Under the pieces are notes generated by a model. It was not told the origin of the DNA. It did no database searches and worked only from the letters and a program-made list of their open reading frames with translations. The translations under genes were made by a program, and so were the position numbers. From an uncultured Gemmatimonadota bacterium (lineage in GTDB: Bacteria > Gemmatimonadota > CAZMKB01): DNA of 34,238 bases. Location: assembly GCA_964566685.1 (NCBI GenBank), contig CAZMKB010000004.1, positions 1-34,238 of the forward strand, written 5' to 3'. Positions 8,124 to 16,980 of the stretch are shown here, piece after piece; the stretch's first letter is position 1, and the number at the start of each line of letters is the position of its first letter.

Positions 8124-9806
8124 GTGGCTCCGGTGATGAACGGCACATACTTTCTGTCGAGTGTCGAGATCCTGACGAAGAACGACAAGGAGAGCACGTT
8201 CCACAACTGGGAATCGCTTCACAGCAGCCGTCACAAGGAACTGCTCAGCATAATTGACAGCTACACCCTCAAACCGGGAGTCGAAACCCGCGGTGTGGAC
8301 GAATTCTACATCAACTTCGGCTTCATCGACCAGGCCGCGATCTACCACATCGACGTCGACAAAATCAAGGTCCGTGAGGCGACGGAGGGTGAATGTCAGC
8401 CGGTCAAAACCAGCGGCTGCGGAGATCCCCATGCCGTAACGGATGAATGGAACCGGGCCGCCCGGGAGGTCATCCCTTCGTTCCCCTTCTTCGACGCCTC
8501 CGAAAAGAGCAAACAGGTCGAGGAAAGCGGGTACGGAACTTCGTGGGACTACTCAGCGGTCATGGACGGCGGCGTCATTCCGATCTCCGACTGGGACGAC
8601 CCGAGCGTGTGGAACGCAGAGAAGGGAGGGAAACCTCATATCATCTTTTCCGCGAAGTGGCATCTATCCTATGACTACAACGGTCCGAAGACTCCTGAAA
8701 AGATGGCGGATCTGTACCAGAGGGTAAGGGACAATGCCAAAGCCTGCGGGGATCGGGGGTGGGATATCCGGGAAGGGGCGTTCGGAGAGAAGTCATGCAT
8801 CGGCTCGTACGCCCACAGGGGGACGATCGATCTCAGCATGGCGTCGGATCCCTACGGCGGGTACGGGAAACTGTACAAGTGCCTCCCCTGTGCAGACATC
8901 TATTCGGAGGTCTCGATACAGATTTTTGCACCACCATCACACGGGTCCCGGAACAAGCCGGAAGTGATCAGAGCCCTGAACGAGTCTGCCCGGGAATACG
9001 CACAGCAGATCGGTATGAAACTGATGGCAATCGCTGAGGGTGCACCGGTTGAACCTCCGCCGACGATGTTCGCGGATGGATCTGGTGAGGGCTCATTCTC
9101 CGGCGAAGGGGAGTCAACCGGTCAGGCCCAGGGAGGGAAAGTGCCTGTTCTGGCCGACGCGCAGGGCAGCGATTCCCGCCGGGGGTCGGGAGAAGATCTG
9201 CCCCTGATGGGATACCCGCAGACCGGCGTCCCGGATGTTCCTCCGGAGGACGACGTGGATCAGGTCATCGCCGATGCGATCGCTTCACTCAGGGAACAGG
9301 GTGGGGGAATGGAAGTCGAGGGAGCGGACGTTCCCACCGGGGGGGAGATGGAGGGGAGAGACTGGAAAACGGATGATCTGGCCTCCTATGAATCGGATGA
9401 CGACCTGCTCTTCGAGGGTGAAGAACTCATGGCCCAGGGTAGGTTTCGTGAAGCGGCGGAGGCATACGAGACAGCCATACGCCGGAATCCGGACAATCCG
9501 GAATACCGCGTTCGTTACGGAGACGTTCACATATTGCAGGGAAACTGGCGGGAAGCCGAGGTGGCCTACCGGAATGCAATCGAGATAGATTCTTCCAGGG
9601 CCGAGTACCACGCACTCCTTGGAGAATCCCTGGTTGAGCAGAGCAGGTGGAGGGAAGCCGAAGCGGCATATCGGGAAGCGATCCGCCTCGAGCCCGATCA
9701 CCCCGGGCACCACGGAATGCTCGGCCTGATCCTGATGGAGCAGGGAAGAGAACAGGAGGGTGAAGCTGCTCTTAAGAAAGCGGAAGAACTCGAATCACAG
9801 TGGTAA
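8124..9806 (+). CDS. Orphan protein with acidic low-complexity linker and C-terminal TPR repeats; same frame as 7599..8099
   Basis: Long ORF in the same frame as the upstream ORF (both starts are multiples of 3 apart). No SD before GTG 8124 or ATG 8136. About four TPR-like 34-aa repeats at the C-terminus (AEAYETAIRRNPDNPEY..., AEVAYRNAIEIDSSRAEY..., AEAAYREAIRLEPDHPGH...). D/E/G-rich linker at ~9060-9420. TAA stop. Confidence 0.6.
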   Translation: MAPVMNGTYFLSSVEILTKNDKESTFHNWESLHSSRHKELLSIIDSYTLKPGVETRGVDEFYINFGFIDQAAIYHIDVDKIKVREATEGECQPVKTSGCGDPHAVTDEWNRAAREVIPSFPFFDASEKSKQVEESGYGTSWDYSAVMDGGVIPISDWDDPSVWNAEKGGKPHIIFSAKWHLSYDYNGPKTPEKMADLYQRVRDNAKACGDRGWDIREGAFGEKSCIGSYAHRGTIDLSMASDPYGGYGKLYKCLPCADIYSEVSIQIFAPPSHGSRNKPEVIRALNESAREYAQQIGMKLMAIAEGAPVEPPPTMFADGSGEGSFSGEGESTGQAQGGKVPVLADAQGSDSRRGSGEDLPLMGYPQTGVPDVPPEDDVDQVIADAIASLREQGGGMEVEGADVPTGGEMEGRDWKTDDLASYESDDDLLFEGEELMAQGRFREAAEAYETAIRRNPDNPEYRVRYGDVHILQGNWREAEVAYRNAIEIDSSRAEYHALLGESLVEQSRWREAEAAYREAIRLEPDHPGHHGMLGLILMEQGREQEGEAALKKAEELESQW

Positions 9807-9910
9807 CACATGGACAAAACCTGGCAAGGCGAGACGACGAATGAATACCTGTAAGGTACTTCGAGAAGGATCAACGCAGCCAGGGACCTCGAGAGCCGCT
9901 GATAACGAGG

Positions 9911-10474
9911 CTAGTACTTCGACTTCGCGTCCTTCCAGGTACGGATGACGTTCTCCCAGTTGCCGCTCTCGATCGACTTGTAGGTGAACGTGATGGGGAA
10001 CTCCAGGTCTATCTTCTCGGAGAACAGGTAGATGGCCATCTCGGGCGTGCCGTAGAATTTGAGGACCCGCTTGTCGAAGGTCTGGGAGTGGGGAATGATC
10101 CTTTCGGGTTTGTAGCGGTTTCCCTGCTGAAGGAGCTCGAACTCGGTCGGCTCGAAGTATGTCTCGGGCTCGGTCCGCCCCTGGAAGAGAACGAGAAATT
10201 CCTTCTGGTTCATGTCGCCGGTTATTTCCGGGTGGGCCTCGAGAATCTTCGTGTAGGTCCGCTTGGTGTCGACCGTCGTGTAACGGAGAATCGATTCGTC
10301 GAGCGGGGTGATCCTGATCCAGAGCCCCTCTCCCTCGAGCGTGATCGAGATGTCCTCGGTCTTCAGCTTTCCCGTCCCCTCTTCGGCCTGCGCCAGAAGG
10401 CCCGGTGCCGGAAGGAGGAGGAAGAAGAGTATCATGAGCGCGAGAGCGGTGAATGTCGTCTGCCGGTCTTTCAT
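9911..10474 (-). CDS. Orphan secreted protein (187 aa)
   Basis: ATG at 10474 is preceded by GAGGAGG (complement of 10481-10487). Signal peptide MKDRQTTFTALALMILFFLLLPAPGLLAQA. No family recognised. The track ORF start at 10543 is a TTG overlapping the engB stop and lacks an SD. Confidence 0.6.
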   Translation of the reverse strand: MKDRQTTFTALALMILFFLLLPAPGLLAQAEEGTGKLKTEDISITLEGEGLWIRITPLDESILRYTTVDTKRTYTKILEAHPEITGDMNQKEFLVLFQGRTEPETYFEPTEFELLQQGNRYKPERIIPHSQTFDKRVLKFYGTPEMAIYLFSEKIDLEFPITFTYKSIESGNWENVIRTWKDAKSKY

Positions 10475-10514
10475 TGTCTGACCTCCTCGGTGAGGCTCGA
10501 TTGAGTCTCCATAA

Positions 10515-10543
10515 TCATTAACTCCGCCCGCCCGAACTGTCAA
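10515..10543 (-). promoter_or_regulatory. sigma70-type promoter candidate for the 9911..10474 gene
   Basis: The minus strand reads TTGACA (10543-10538), 17-nt spacer, TAATGA (10520-15). The -35 overlaps the engB stop codon. Confidence 0.45.
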
Positions 10544-11130
10544 TGCCCCCGGACCAGGGAGTCGACGGCGCTCCAGGTCTCGCTTTTCCCCAGTCCGGTC
10601 CTCGCGGAGAAGGTGATGACGTTCTCCGCCGAGCCCGTTCCGAGCTGCCGGCAGAGAGCCTGCTGTCTCGACGCAACCCTCCCTTTCGAGAGCTTGTCCG
10701 ATTTGGTCAGGAGGAACAGTGTCGCGACGCCCTGACCGGCGAGCCAGTCGATCAGCTGCCTGTCGAGATGGCTCACGTCGTGCCGGATGTCGAGGATGTG
10801 GACGATCCCGCGGGGGTTCGCGTCACGGGAGAAGTAGGCTTCGATCAGGCGCCGCCAGTGTTCGGTCTCCCGCCGGCTTCGCTTTGCGTAGCCGTAGCCG
10901 GGCAGATCCACGAAGAAGAAGCGCCGGTTCAGCAGGAAGTAGAGGATCTCCCGGGTTCTGCCCGGACTCTTGCTCACCGGCGACAGAACCTGCCTTCCGA
11001 GCAGGCAGTTGATCGCTGACGACTTGCCGACGTTCGACCGCCCGGCGAACGCGATCTCGGGCAGCTTCTGGTCCGGCAGGTCTTCGATACGACGGGCTCT
11101 TCTGGTGAGTTCGATCGACGTAATCTTCAC
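10540..11130 (-). CDS. engB: Ribosome-biogenesis GTPase EngB/YihA/YsxC
   Basis: G1 GRSNVGKSSAIN, G3 DLPGYGYA, G4 TKSDK. GTG start 9 nt after the lon stop. The lon-ysxC adjacency is known from Bacillus subtilis. Confidence 0.9.
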   Translation of the reverse strand: MKITSIELTRRARRIEDLPDQKLPEIAFAGRSNVGKSSAINCLLGRQVLSPVSKSPGRTREILYFLLNRRFFFVDLPGYGYAKRSRRETEHWRRLIEAYFSRDANPRGIVHILDIRHDVSHLDRQLIDWLAGQGVATLFLLTKSDKLSKGRVASRQQALCRQLGTGSAENVITFSARTGLGKSETWSAVDSLVRGH

Positions 11131-11139
11131 GGTGGTGCA

Positions 11140-11916
11140 TCAGTGGGGATATGCGTGACCCCGCTGGGACGACACTTTCTCCGTTTTCGGCGCCTTCTCG
11201 ACCATGTCGGGGATCGCCACGGCCACGACTTCGTCCATCGTCCCCACCAGGATGATGTTCAGCTTCTTCTTCACTTCCGGAGGGAGGTCTTCAAGGTTTT
11301 TCTCGTTCCTCTTCGGAATGAGGAGCACCGTCGCTCCGGCACGCAGGGCCGCAACGGCCTTCTCCTTCAGCCCTCCAATGGGAAGGACCCGCCCGCGAAG
11401 TGTTATCTCTCCCGTCATCGCCACGTCCCTGCGGACCGGCAGTTTCAGGAGAGCCGATATCAGCGCCGTGGCGATGGCGATACCGGCGGACGGCCCGTCC
11501 TTGGGAGTGGCTCCTTCCGGGATGTGAACGTGGAGATCGTACTTCTTGTGAAAGTCGTCCTTCAGGCCGAAAACCGGAGAACGTGCCCTGATGTAGGAGA
11601 GCGCGGCTTCGGCCGATTCCTTCATGACATCGCCGAGCTTCCCCGTGAGACTCAGGTTGCCCTTGCCGGGCACGACGGAGACTTCGATCGACAGGATCTC
11701 GCCGCCGGCCTCGGTCCACGCCAGGCCGGTTGCCACACCGACCTCGTCGGCCTCACCGAGCTCCGTCTCGAAGTACTTGCCGGTGCCGAGGAGCTTCCTC
11801 ACCTGCTTCGGGGTTATCGCCGTCCTCTTCGACTCTCCCGCGGTGGCGACCTTCCTCGCGATCTTCCGGCAGACGGTGCTGATCTCGCGCTCGAGATTCC
11901 TGACGCCGGCCTCCCG
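11140..11916 (-). pseudogene. lon: Lon protease, C-terminal fragment (end of AAA+ module plus Ser-Lys proteolytic domain), out of frame with the N-terminal fragment
   Basis: This frame reads [23 protein letters not shown]...[17 protein letters not shown]...[19 protein letters not shown] (catalytic Ser motif)...[11 protein letters not shown]. The track ORF 11140..11802 begins at an internal GTG (Val in full-length Lon). Homology continues upstream in the same frame to ~11916. Confidence 0.88.
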
Positions 11917-13541
11917 CCGCTGATGATCGTCCCGATCGCGTTCCTGCTGAAGGACACCTTCTCCCCGCTGAGGCCATGAGCCTCGAGCTGCTTGGGAATG
12001 AGAAACCGCTTCGCGATCTCCACCTTTTCGCCTTCCAGATATCCCGGAAGCCGGATGACCTCCATCCGGTCGAGGAGGGCGGGGTGGATCGTATAGAGGA
12101 CGTTCGCCGTGGTGATGAAGAGCACCCTCGAGAGGTCGTAGTCGACCTCGAGGTAGTGGTCGCTGAACGCGTTGTTCTGTTCCGGGTCGAGCGCCTCGAG
12201 CAGCGCGGCGGAGGGATCTCCCCTGAAATCGACGGTCATCTTGTCGACCTCGTCGAGGAGCATGACGGGATTCACCGTCCCCGCACGTTTCATCGCCTGG
12301 ATCAGGCGGCCGGGAAGAGCGCCGATGTAGGTGCGCCGGTGCCCGCGAATCTCAGCCTCGTCCCTGATGCCCCCGAGCGAGATCCTGACGAATTTTCTCG
12401 AGAGAGCCCGGGCGATGGAGCGGCCGAGCGACGTCTTTCCGACTCCGGGAGGCCCCACGAGGCAGAGAATGGGACCCTTCATCCTGCCGACGAGCTTGAG
12501 GACCGAGATGTATTCGATGATCCGCTCCTTCGCCTTCTCGAGGCCGTAGTGGTCCTCGTCGAGAATCCTCGCGACCTCCTTCACCGACAGGTTGTCCTTC
12601 GTCCGCTTCTTCCAGGGGATCCCGAGCAGCCAGTCCAGGTAGTTCCTCGTGACGGTCGCTTCGGGCGAGAGCGGGGCCATTTTCGACAACTTTCTGATCT
12701 CCCTGTCGACCTTCTCCCGCACTTCCTTCGGCAGTCCCGCCGAGTCGGCTTTCTCCTGCAGCTCGATGATCTCGTCACCCTGATCCTCGGCGTCGCCGAG
12801 CTCCTTGTAGATGGCCTTCAGCTGCTCCTGCAGATAGAATTCCTTCTGGTTCTTGAGGACCTGTGTCTTGACCTCACCCTCGATCTTGCGCTCGAGCTTG
12901 AGGATTTCGATTTCGGATACCAGGATGCGGTTGATCTGCTCGAAGCCTTTGTAGAGCGTCTGCTTCTCAAGCAGCTCGACCTTGTCCGGGAGCTTGAGGA
13001 TGAGGTGACTCGAGATCAGGTACAGCAGGCGGCTGTTGTCGACGACGTTCTGCAGGGTGGTGAGCAACTCGTCGGGGAGCCGCTTGTTGAGCTTGACATA
13101 CTCTTCGAACAACCCCACGGCGCGCCGGGCGACCGCCTCGATTTTCTTGCCCTTCTCTTCGACCACCGGATAGAGCTCTATTTCAGCTTCCAGGAACTCC
13201 TCCTCCTGCGGGTATGAAATCGCTTTCGCACGCTCGATGCCCTCGATGAGAACCTTGATCGTGCCGTTCGGGAGCTTCACCATCTGGAGGATGCGCGAGA
13301 CGGTGCCGACGGAGTAGAGATCGGACGGCTCGGGCTCCGCTATGTCGCTCTCGAGCTGGGGGACCAGGAAGAGGAACTTGTCACCGAGCATGGCGTGCTC
13401 GAGCGCCGAAATGGAGGCCTCCCTGCCGACGAGGAGCGGGACCACCATGTTCGGGTAGATGACGACGTCGCGCAGCGGGATGGTGGGAAGAACTTCCTGT
13501 ATCTCCAGGTGTTCGCCGTCTTTTACGGTCGTGAGTGTCAT
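11814..13541 (-). pseudogene. lon: Lon protease, N-terminal substrate-binding domain plus AAA+ module, terminating prematurely after a frame disruption near 11911-11920
   Basis: IPLRDVVIYPNMVVPLLVGR (Lon N domain), Walker A GPPGVGKTSLGRSIA, Walker B MLLDEVDK. After ...[10 protein letters not shown] the translation degrades to Arg/Ser/Pro-rich sequence ([19 protein letters not shown]...) until TAA at 11814. ATG 13541 abuts the clpX stop (TAAATG). Confidence 0.9.
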
Positions 13542-14804
13542 TTATGCCTCTTTTTTCTTCTTCCGCCTCTCTTCGAGCATGAGGATCGGCGGAGTCTGTT
13601 TGAGAACCGCCTCTCGTGTCATGACGATTTCCTTGATGTCTTTTCTCGACGGGACATCGTACATGAGTTCGAGCATGGTGTCTTCCACCACCGAGCGGAG
13701 TCCCCTCGCTCCCGTCCCCCGTTTCAGAGCCTGGTTCGCGATCTCTTCGATCGCATCGTCCTGGAACGTGACCTTCACGTTCTCCATGTCGAATATCTTG
13801 ATGTACTGTTTGATGATGGCGTTCTTCGGACGTGTCAGGATGTTCACCAGTGCGTCCCGGTCGAGCTCGCCGAGGGGTGTGAATACGGGGAGGCGCCCCA
13901 CGAGCTCCGGGATGAGGCCGTACTTGATCAGGTCGTCGGGTTCGGTGAGCGTGAGGAGCTCGTCCCTCGTCGGTTTCTGCCTGCGCCTGATCTCGACGCC
14001 GAATCCGATTCCCTGCATGCCGGCGCGCCGCTCGACGATCCGCTCGAGGCCGTTGAAAGCTCCACCGCAGATGAAAAGCACCTTCTTCGTGTTGATGTTG
14101 ATGTACTCCTGCTGCGGATGTTTCCGGCCTCCCTGGGGCGGGACCGAAGCGATCGTGCCCTCCAGGATTTTCAGGAGTGCCTGCTGGACGCCTTCTCCCG
14201 AAACGTCACGCGTGATCGACGGATTCTCCGATTTCCTGGAGATCTTGTCGAGCTCGTCGATGTAGACGATGCCGCGCTCCGCTTCGTGCACGTTGTAGTC
14301 GGCCGCCTGCAGCAGCCTCACCAGGATGTTCTCGACGTCCTCTCCGACGTAGCCCGCTTCGGTGAGGGTCGTGGCATCCGCAATGGCGAAGGGAACCTTC
14401 AGGAACCGGGCGAGGGTCTGTGCGAGGAGCGTCTTCCCCACGCCGGTGGGGCCGATGAGGAGGATGTTCGACTTGTCGATTTCTATGTCATCGGAGAAGC
14501 TCGGAGACAGGATCCGCTTGTAGTGATTGTAGACGGCCACGGAGAGGACCCGCTTCGCGCGCTCCTGACTGATGACGTAGTCGTTCAGCACCTGGTGAAT
14601 CTCGAGAGGGGTTGGGACCGATTTGCTCCCCAGCTTCGATTCCTGCAGCTCCTCTTCCTTGAGAATTTCATTGCAGAGATGTATGCAGTCCGAGCAGATG
14701 AAAACAGACGGCCCGGATATTAGCTTCTCGACCTTGCCCTGAGGTTTCCCACAGAACGAGCAACGAAAATCCCGGTAGGAGTCTTTACCGGATTTCTCTT
14801 TCAT
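13542..14804 (-). CDS. clpX: ATP-dependent Clp protease ATP-binding subunit ClpX
   Basis: N-terminal zinc finger CSFCGK...CSDCI, Walker [26 protein letters not shown], typical ClpX length (420 aa). Confidence 0.97.
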   Translation of the reverse strand: MKEKSGKDSYRDFRCSFCGKPQGKVEKLISGPSVFICSDCIHLCNEILKEEELQESKLGSKSVPTPLEIHQVLNDYVISQERAKRVLSVAVYNHYKRILSPSFSDDIEIDKSNILLIGPTGVGKTLLAQTLARFLKVPFAIADATTLTEAGYVGEDVENILVRLLQAADYNVHEAERGIVYIDELDKISRKSENPSITRDVSGEGVQQALLKILEGTIASVPPQGGRKHPQQEYININTKKVLFICGGAFNGLERIVERRAGMQGIGFGVEIRRRQKPTRDELLTLTEPDDLIKYGLIPELVGRLPVFTPLGELDRDALVNILTRPKNAIIKQYIKIFDMENVKVTFQDDAIEEIANQALKRGTGARGLRSVVEDTMLELMYDVPSRKDIKEIVMTREAVLKQTPPILMLEERRKKKKEA

Positions 14805-14876
14805 TCTGGCACCCTCTTTCGCGCGTTCGGCATACTGAAGAAAAGGATCCCACAGTACTCATACCCTGCCGGCCGC

Positions 14877-15491
14877 TCAGTGTTTCTCGATCACCTCGTC
14901 GATGATGCCGTAGGATTTCGCATCCTCCGCCGACATGAAGAAATTCCGGTCGGTATCCTTCGAGATCCTGTCGATCTTCTGGTTCGTGTGCTTCGCGAGG
15001 ATCTCGTTGAGCTGCTGGCGGAGTCCGAGGATCTCCTTGGCGTGAATCTCGATGTCCGCTGCCTGACCCTGCACGCCGCCGTGGGGCTGATGGATCATGA
15101 TCCGGGAGTGCGGCAGTGCTGAGCGCTTTCCGGGCGTACCGGCGGACAGGAGGATGGCCGCAGCGCTGGCGGCCAGCCCCATGCAGATCGTCGACACGTC
15201 GCACTTGAGAAACTGGATGGTGTCGTAGATGGCCAGTCCGGCAGAGGCGACTCCCCCCGGGCTGTTGATGTAGAGGTAGATGTCCTTGGTCGAATCCTCC
15301 GCCTCGAGAAACAGCATCTGAGCGATGACGAGGTTCGCGATGGTGTCGTCGATGGGGCTGCCCAGGAATATGATCCTGTCTTTCAACAGGCGTGAAAAGA
15401 TGTCGTAGGCCCGCTCTCCCACTCCGGTCTTCTCGACGACGATGGGGACGAGGTGCTGTACTTTCGGCGCTTCCACTTTCTCGTGTGTCAT
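14877..15491 (-). CDS. clpP: ATP-dependent Clp protease proteolytic subunit ClpP
   Basis: [19 protein letters not shown], active-site Ser context [11 protein letters not shown], His context RIMIHQP. Starts 1 nt after the tig stop, with SD GAGGTGAGAG inside the tig 3' end. Confidence 0.97.
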   Translation of the reverse strand: MTHEKVEAPKVQHLVPIVVEKTGVGERAYDIFSRLLKDRIIFLGSPIDDTIANLVIAQMLFLEAEDSTKDIYLYINSPGGVASAGLAIYDTIQFLKCDVSTICMGLAASAAAILLSAGTPGKRSALPHSRIMIHQPHGGVQGQAADIEIHAKEILGLRQQLNEILAKHTNQKIDRISKDTDRNFFMSAEDAKSYGIIDEVIEKH

Positions 15492-15492
15492 A

Positions 15493-16773
15493 TTAATCTC
15501 TCACCTCTGAGTTTTTAAGGAGAAAATCACTCACTTTTTCGTACGTGATTCGTGAGCGCAGCTGGTCCCGGCTTTCCTGATCTCCCGCCACCTGCCTCCT
15601 GATCTCGGAAAGCGGCCGTCCGCTCTGTTTCGCATAGTCGGCGAGCTCGGACTCGACATCTTCATCGGTTACGGCGAGCCCCTCTTTTTTCGCGATCTCC
15701 CTGATCAGAAAATTCTTCTTGAAGAGCCTCACGACGCCCGGCCGGTAGAGATCGCGTACTTTTTCGGCGTCGAACGGCTCTCCCTGCTGCTCCCGCTCCG
15801 CCTTCATGCGCGCGAGGAACTGAGCCAGCGAGTTCTCGATGATGATCTTCGGCGGTTCGAAGGGATGCGCCTCGATGACGAGATCGATGATTTTCTCGAC
15901 GATCTCCTTCCGGGCCTGCTGCTTCTTCTGCCGGGACAGACGGTCGGCGATGTCCCCCCTCAGGCCTTCGAGGTCCTTCGTCTCGTCGAAACTCCCGGCG
16001 AACTCGTCGTCCAGGTTCGGAAGCTCGACCTCCCTCACCTCGAGAACGGTTATCGTGATTGTCCGTGTCTCACCGCGGAGGCTCTGCACGAAATAATCCT
16101 CCGGATACGTGACGGTGATTTCCCGTTCATCGCCGGGACGGAGGCCGCGGATGGACTCCTCGATCTCGGGGAGCACGTCACCCTCTCCGATGGTGACGTC
16201 GAACTGTTTCTTCTCCGTATCGGCGTTTTTGGAGTCTTCTCCCGCCTCGCCGATCGGTGTGTACTCGATCGTCACGAGATCGCCGTCCTCTGCCGCCCTT
16301 TCCACCGGATGTATCGTCGCGCGGTCCCGCCTGAGGCGTTCGATGACCTCCGTGACCTCTCTGTCGGTGACCTCCTCCACCCCATGTTCGATCCTGAAGC
16401 CGGTGTAGCGGTTCAGCTCGATCCGGGGCTCGACGTCGAAAGCGGCCTCGAATGTGACGGAGGAGTCGAGCTCCGTTTTGACATTCGAGAACCGGGGTTG
16501 AGAGATCGGCTGAAGCTGCTCGTCGCGGAGCGCTTCGCTGTATGCACTCGACACGACGGCCTCGAAGACTTCTGTCTGAATTTCGCTCCGGTACTGCTGT
16601 TCGAGAATCTGCCGGGGAATTCTGCCGGGACGAAAACCCGGGACCTTCGCCTTTTTCTGGAGCCTGCTGATGACCCGCTCCTTCTCGCGGCTGACCCGGG
16701 AGCCGGGGATCTCTATCAGGAGTACCCGGTGTGCGTCGTGCTCCTCTTTGACCTTCACATTGATATCGTTCAT
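15493..16773 (-). CDS. tig: Trigger factor (ribosome-associated peptidyl-prolyl isomerase chaperone)
   Basis: N-terminal ribosome-binding signature [15 protein letters not shown]-like middle domain, 426 aa, canonical position upstream of clpP-clpX-lon. Confidence 0.95.
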   Translation of the reverse strand: MNDINVKVKEEHDAHRVLLIEIPGSRVSREKERVISRLQKKAKVPGFRPGRIPRQILEQQYRSEIQTEVFEAVVSSAYSEALRDEQLQPISQPRFSNVKTELDSSVTFEAAFDVEPRIELNRYTGFRIEHGVEEVTDREVTEVIERLRRDRATIHPVERAAEDGDLVTIEYTPIGEAGEDSKNADTEKKQFDVTIGEGDVLPEIEESIRGLRPGDEREITVTYPEDYFVQSLRGETRTITITVLEVREVELPNLDDEFAGSFDETKDLEGLRGDIADRLSRQKKQQARKEIVEKIIDLVIEAHPFEPPKIIIENSLAQFLARMKAEREQQGEPFDAEKVRDLYRPGVVRLFKKNFLIREIAKKEGLAVTDEDVESELADYAKQSGRPLSEIRRQVAGDQESRDQLRSRITYEKVSDFLLKNSEVRD

Positions 16774-16800
16774 TCCCTGCCCGATCGTGAAACGCTAAAC

Positions 16801-16886
16801 TGGTGCGAGAGGGGGGACTCGAACCCCCACGGGATATTCCCACAGGATCCTAGGTCCAGCGCGTCTGCCGGTTCCGCCACTCTCGC
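16801..16886 (-). tRNA. tRNA-Leu (anticodon UAG), type II with long variable arm, encoded CCA
   Basis: Minus strand: GCGAGAG-UG-GCG...CGC-G-CUGGA-CCUAGGA-UCCUG-UGGGAAUAUCCCG-U-GGGGG-UUCGAGU-CCCCC-CUCUCGC-A-CCA. Aligns position-for-position with E. coli tRNA-Leu. The anticodon loop CCUAGGA gives UAG at 34-36. Position 33 is C and pair 28:42 is U-U (see findings). Confidence 0.88.
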
Positions 16887-16922
16887 ACGCTGAGTGCCGC
16901 GTTGCGCGGCATCCTCGTCGTG

Positions 16923-16951
16923 AATATACCAACCCCCCGGAAATCCGTCAA
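16923..16951 (-). promoter_or_regulatory. sigma70-type promoter candidate for tRNA-Leu/tig operon
   Basis: The minus strand reads TTGACG (16951-16946), 17-nt spacer ending in TGG, TATATT (16928-16923), about 35 nt upstream of the tRNA 5' end. A GCCGCG-CAA-CGCGGC hairpin lies in the short leader. Confidence 0.6.
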
Positions 16952-16980
16952 GCACCAAAGGTCCGGGGGGGTGGGAGAGG

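Noticed and set aside
11900-11930. Programmed ribosomal frameshifting in lon.
   Set aside because: There is no slippery heptamer (X XXY YYZ) or obvious downstream stimulatory structure at the junction. The conserved Tyr-Thr of YTREAGVR is missing, which points to a deletion or assembly error rather than recoding.
14806-14821. TGGCAC-ccctc-TTCGC between clpP and clpX.
   Set aside because: The -12 element lacks the GC in register (TTCG instead of TTGC). The motif is on the plus strand and points antisense into clpX.
16801-16886. The idea that the tRNA (its anticodon loop contains C-U-A) is an amber suppressor that decodes the in-frame TAG at 8097.
   Set aside because: With the stem register fixed by alignment to canonical tRNA-Leu, positions 34-36 are UAG (reads CUN Leu codons), not CUA. 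gcvT also terminates at TAG with a natural C-terminus, so TAG is a normal stop here.
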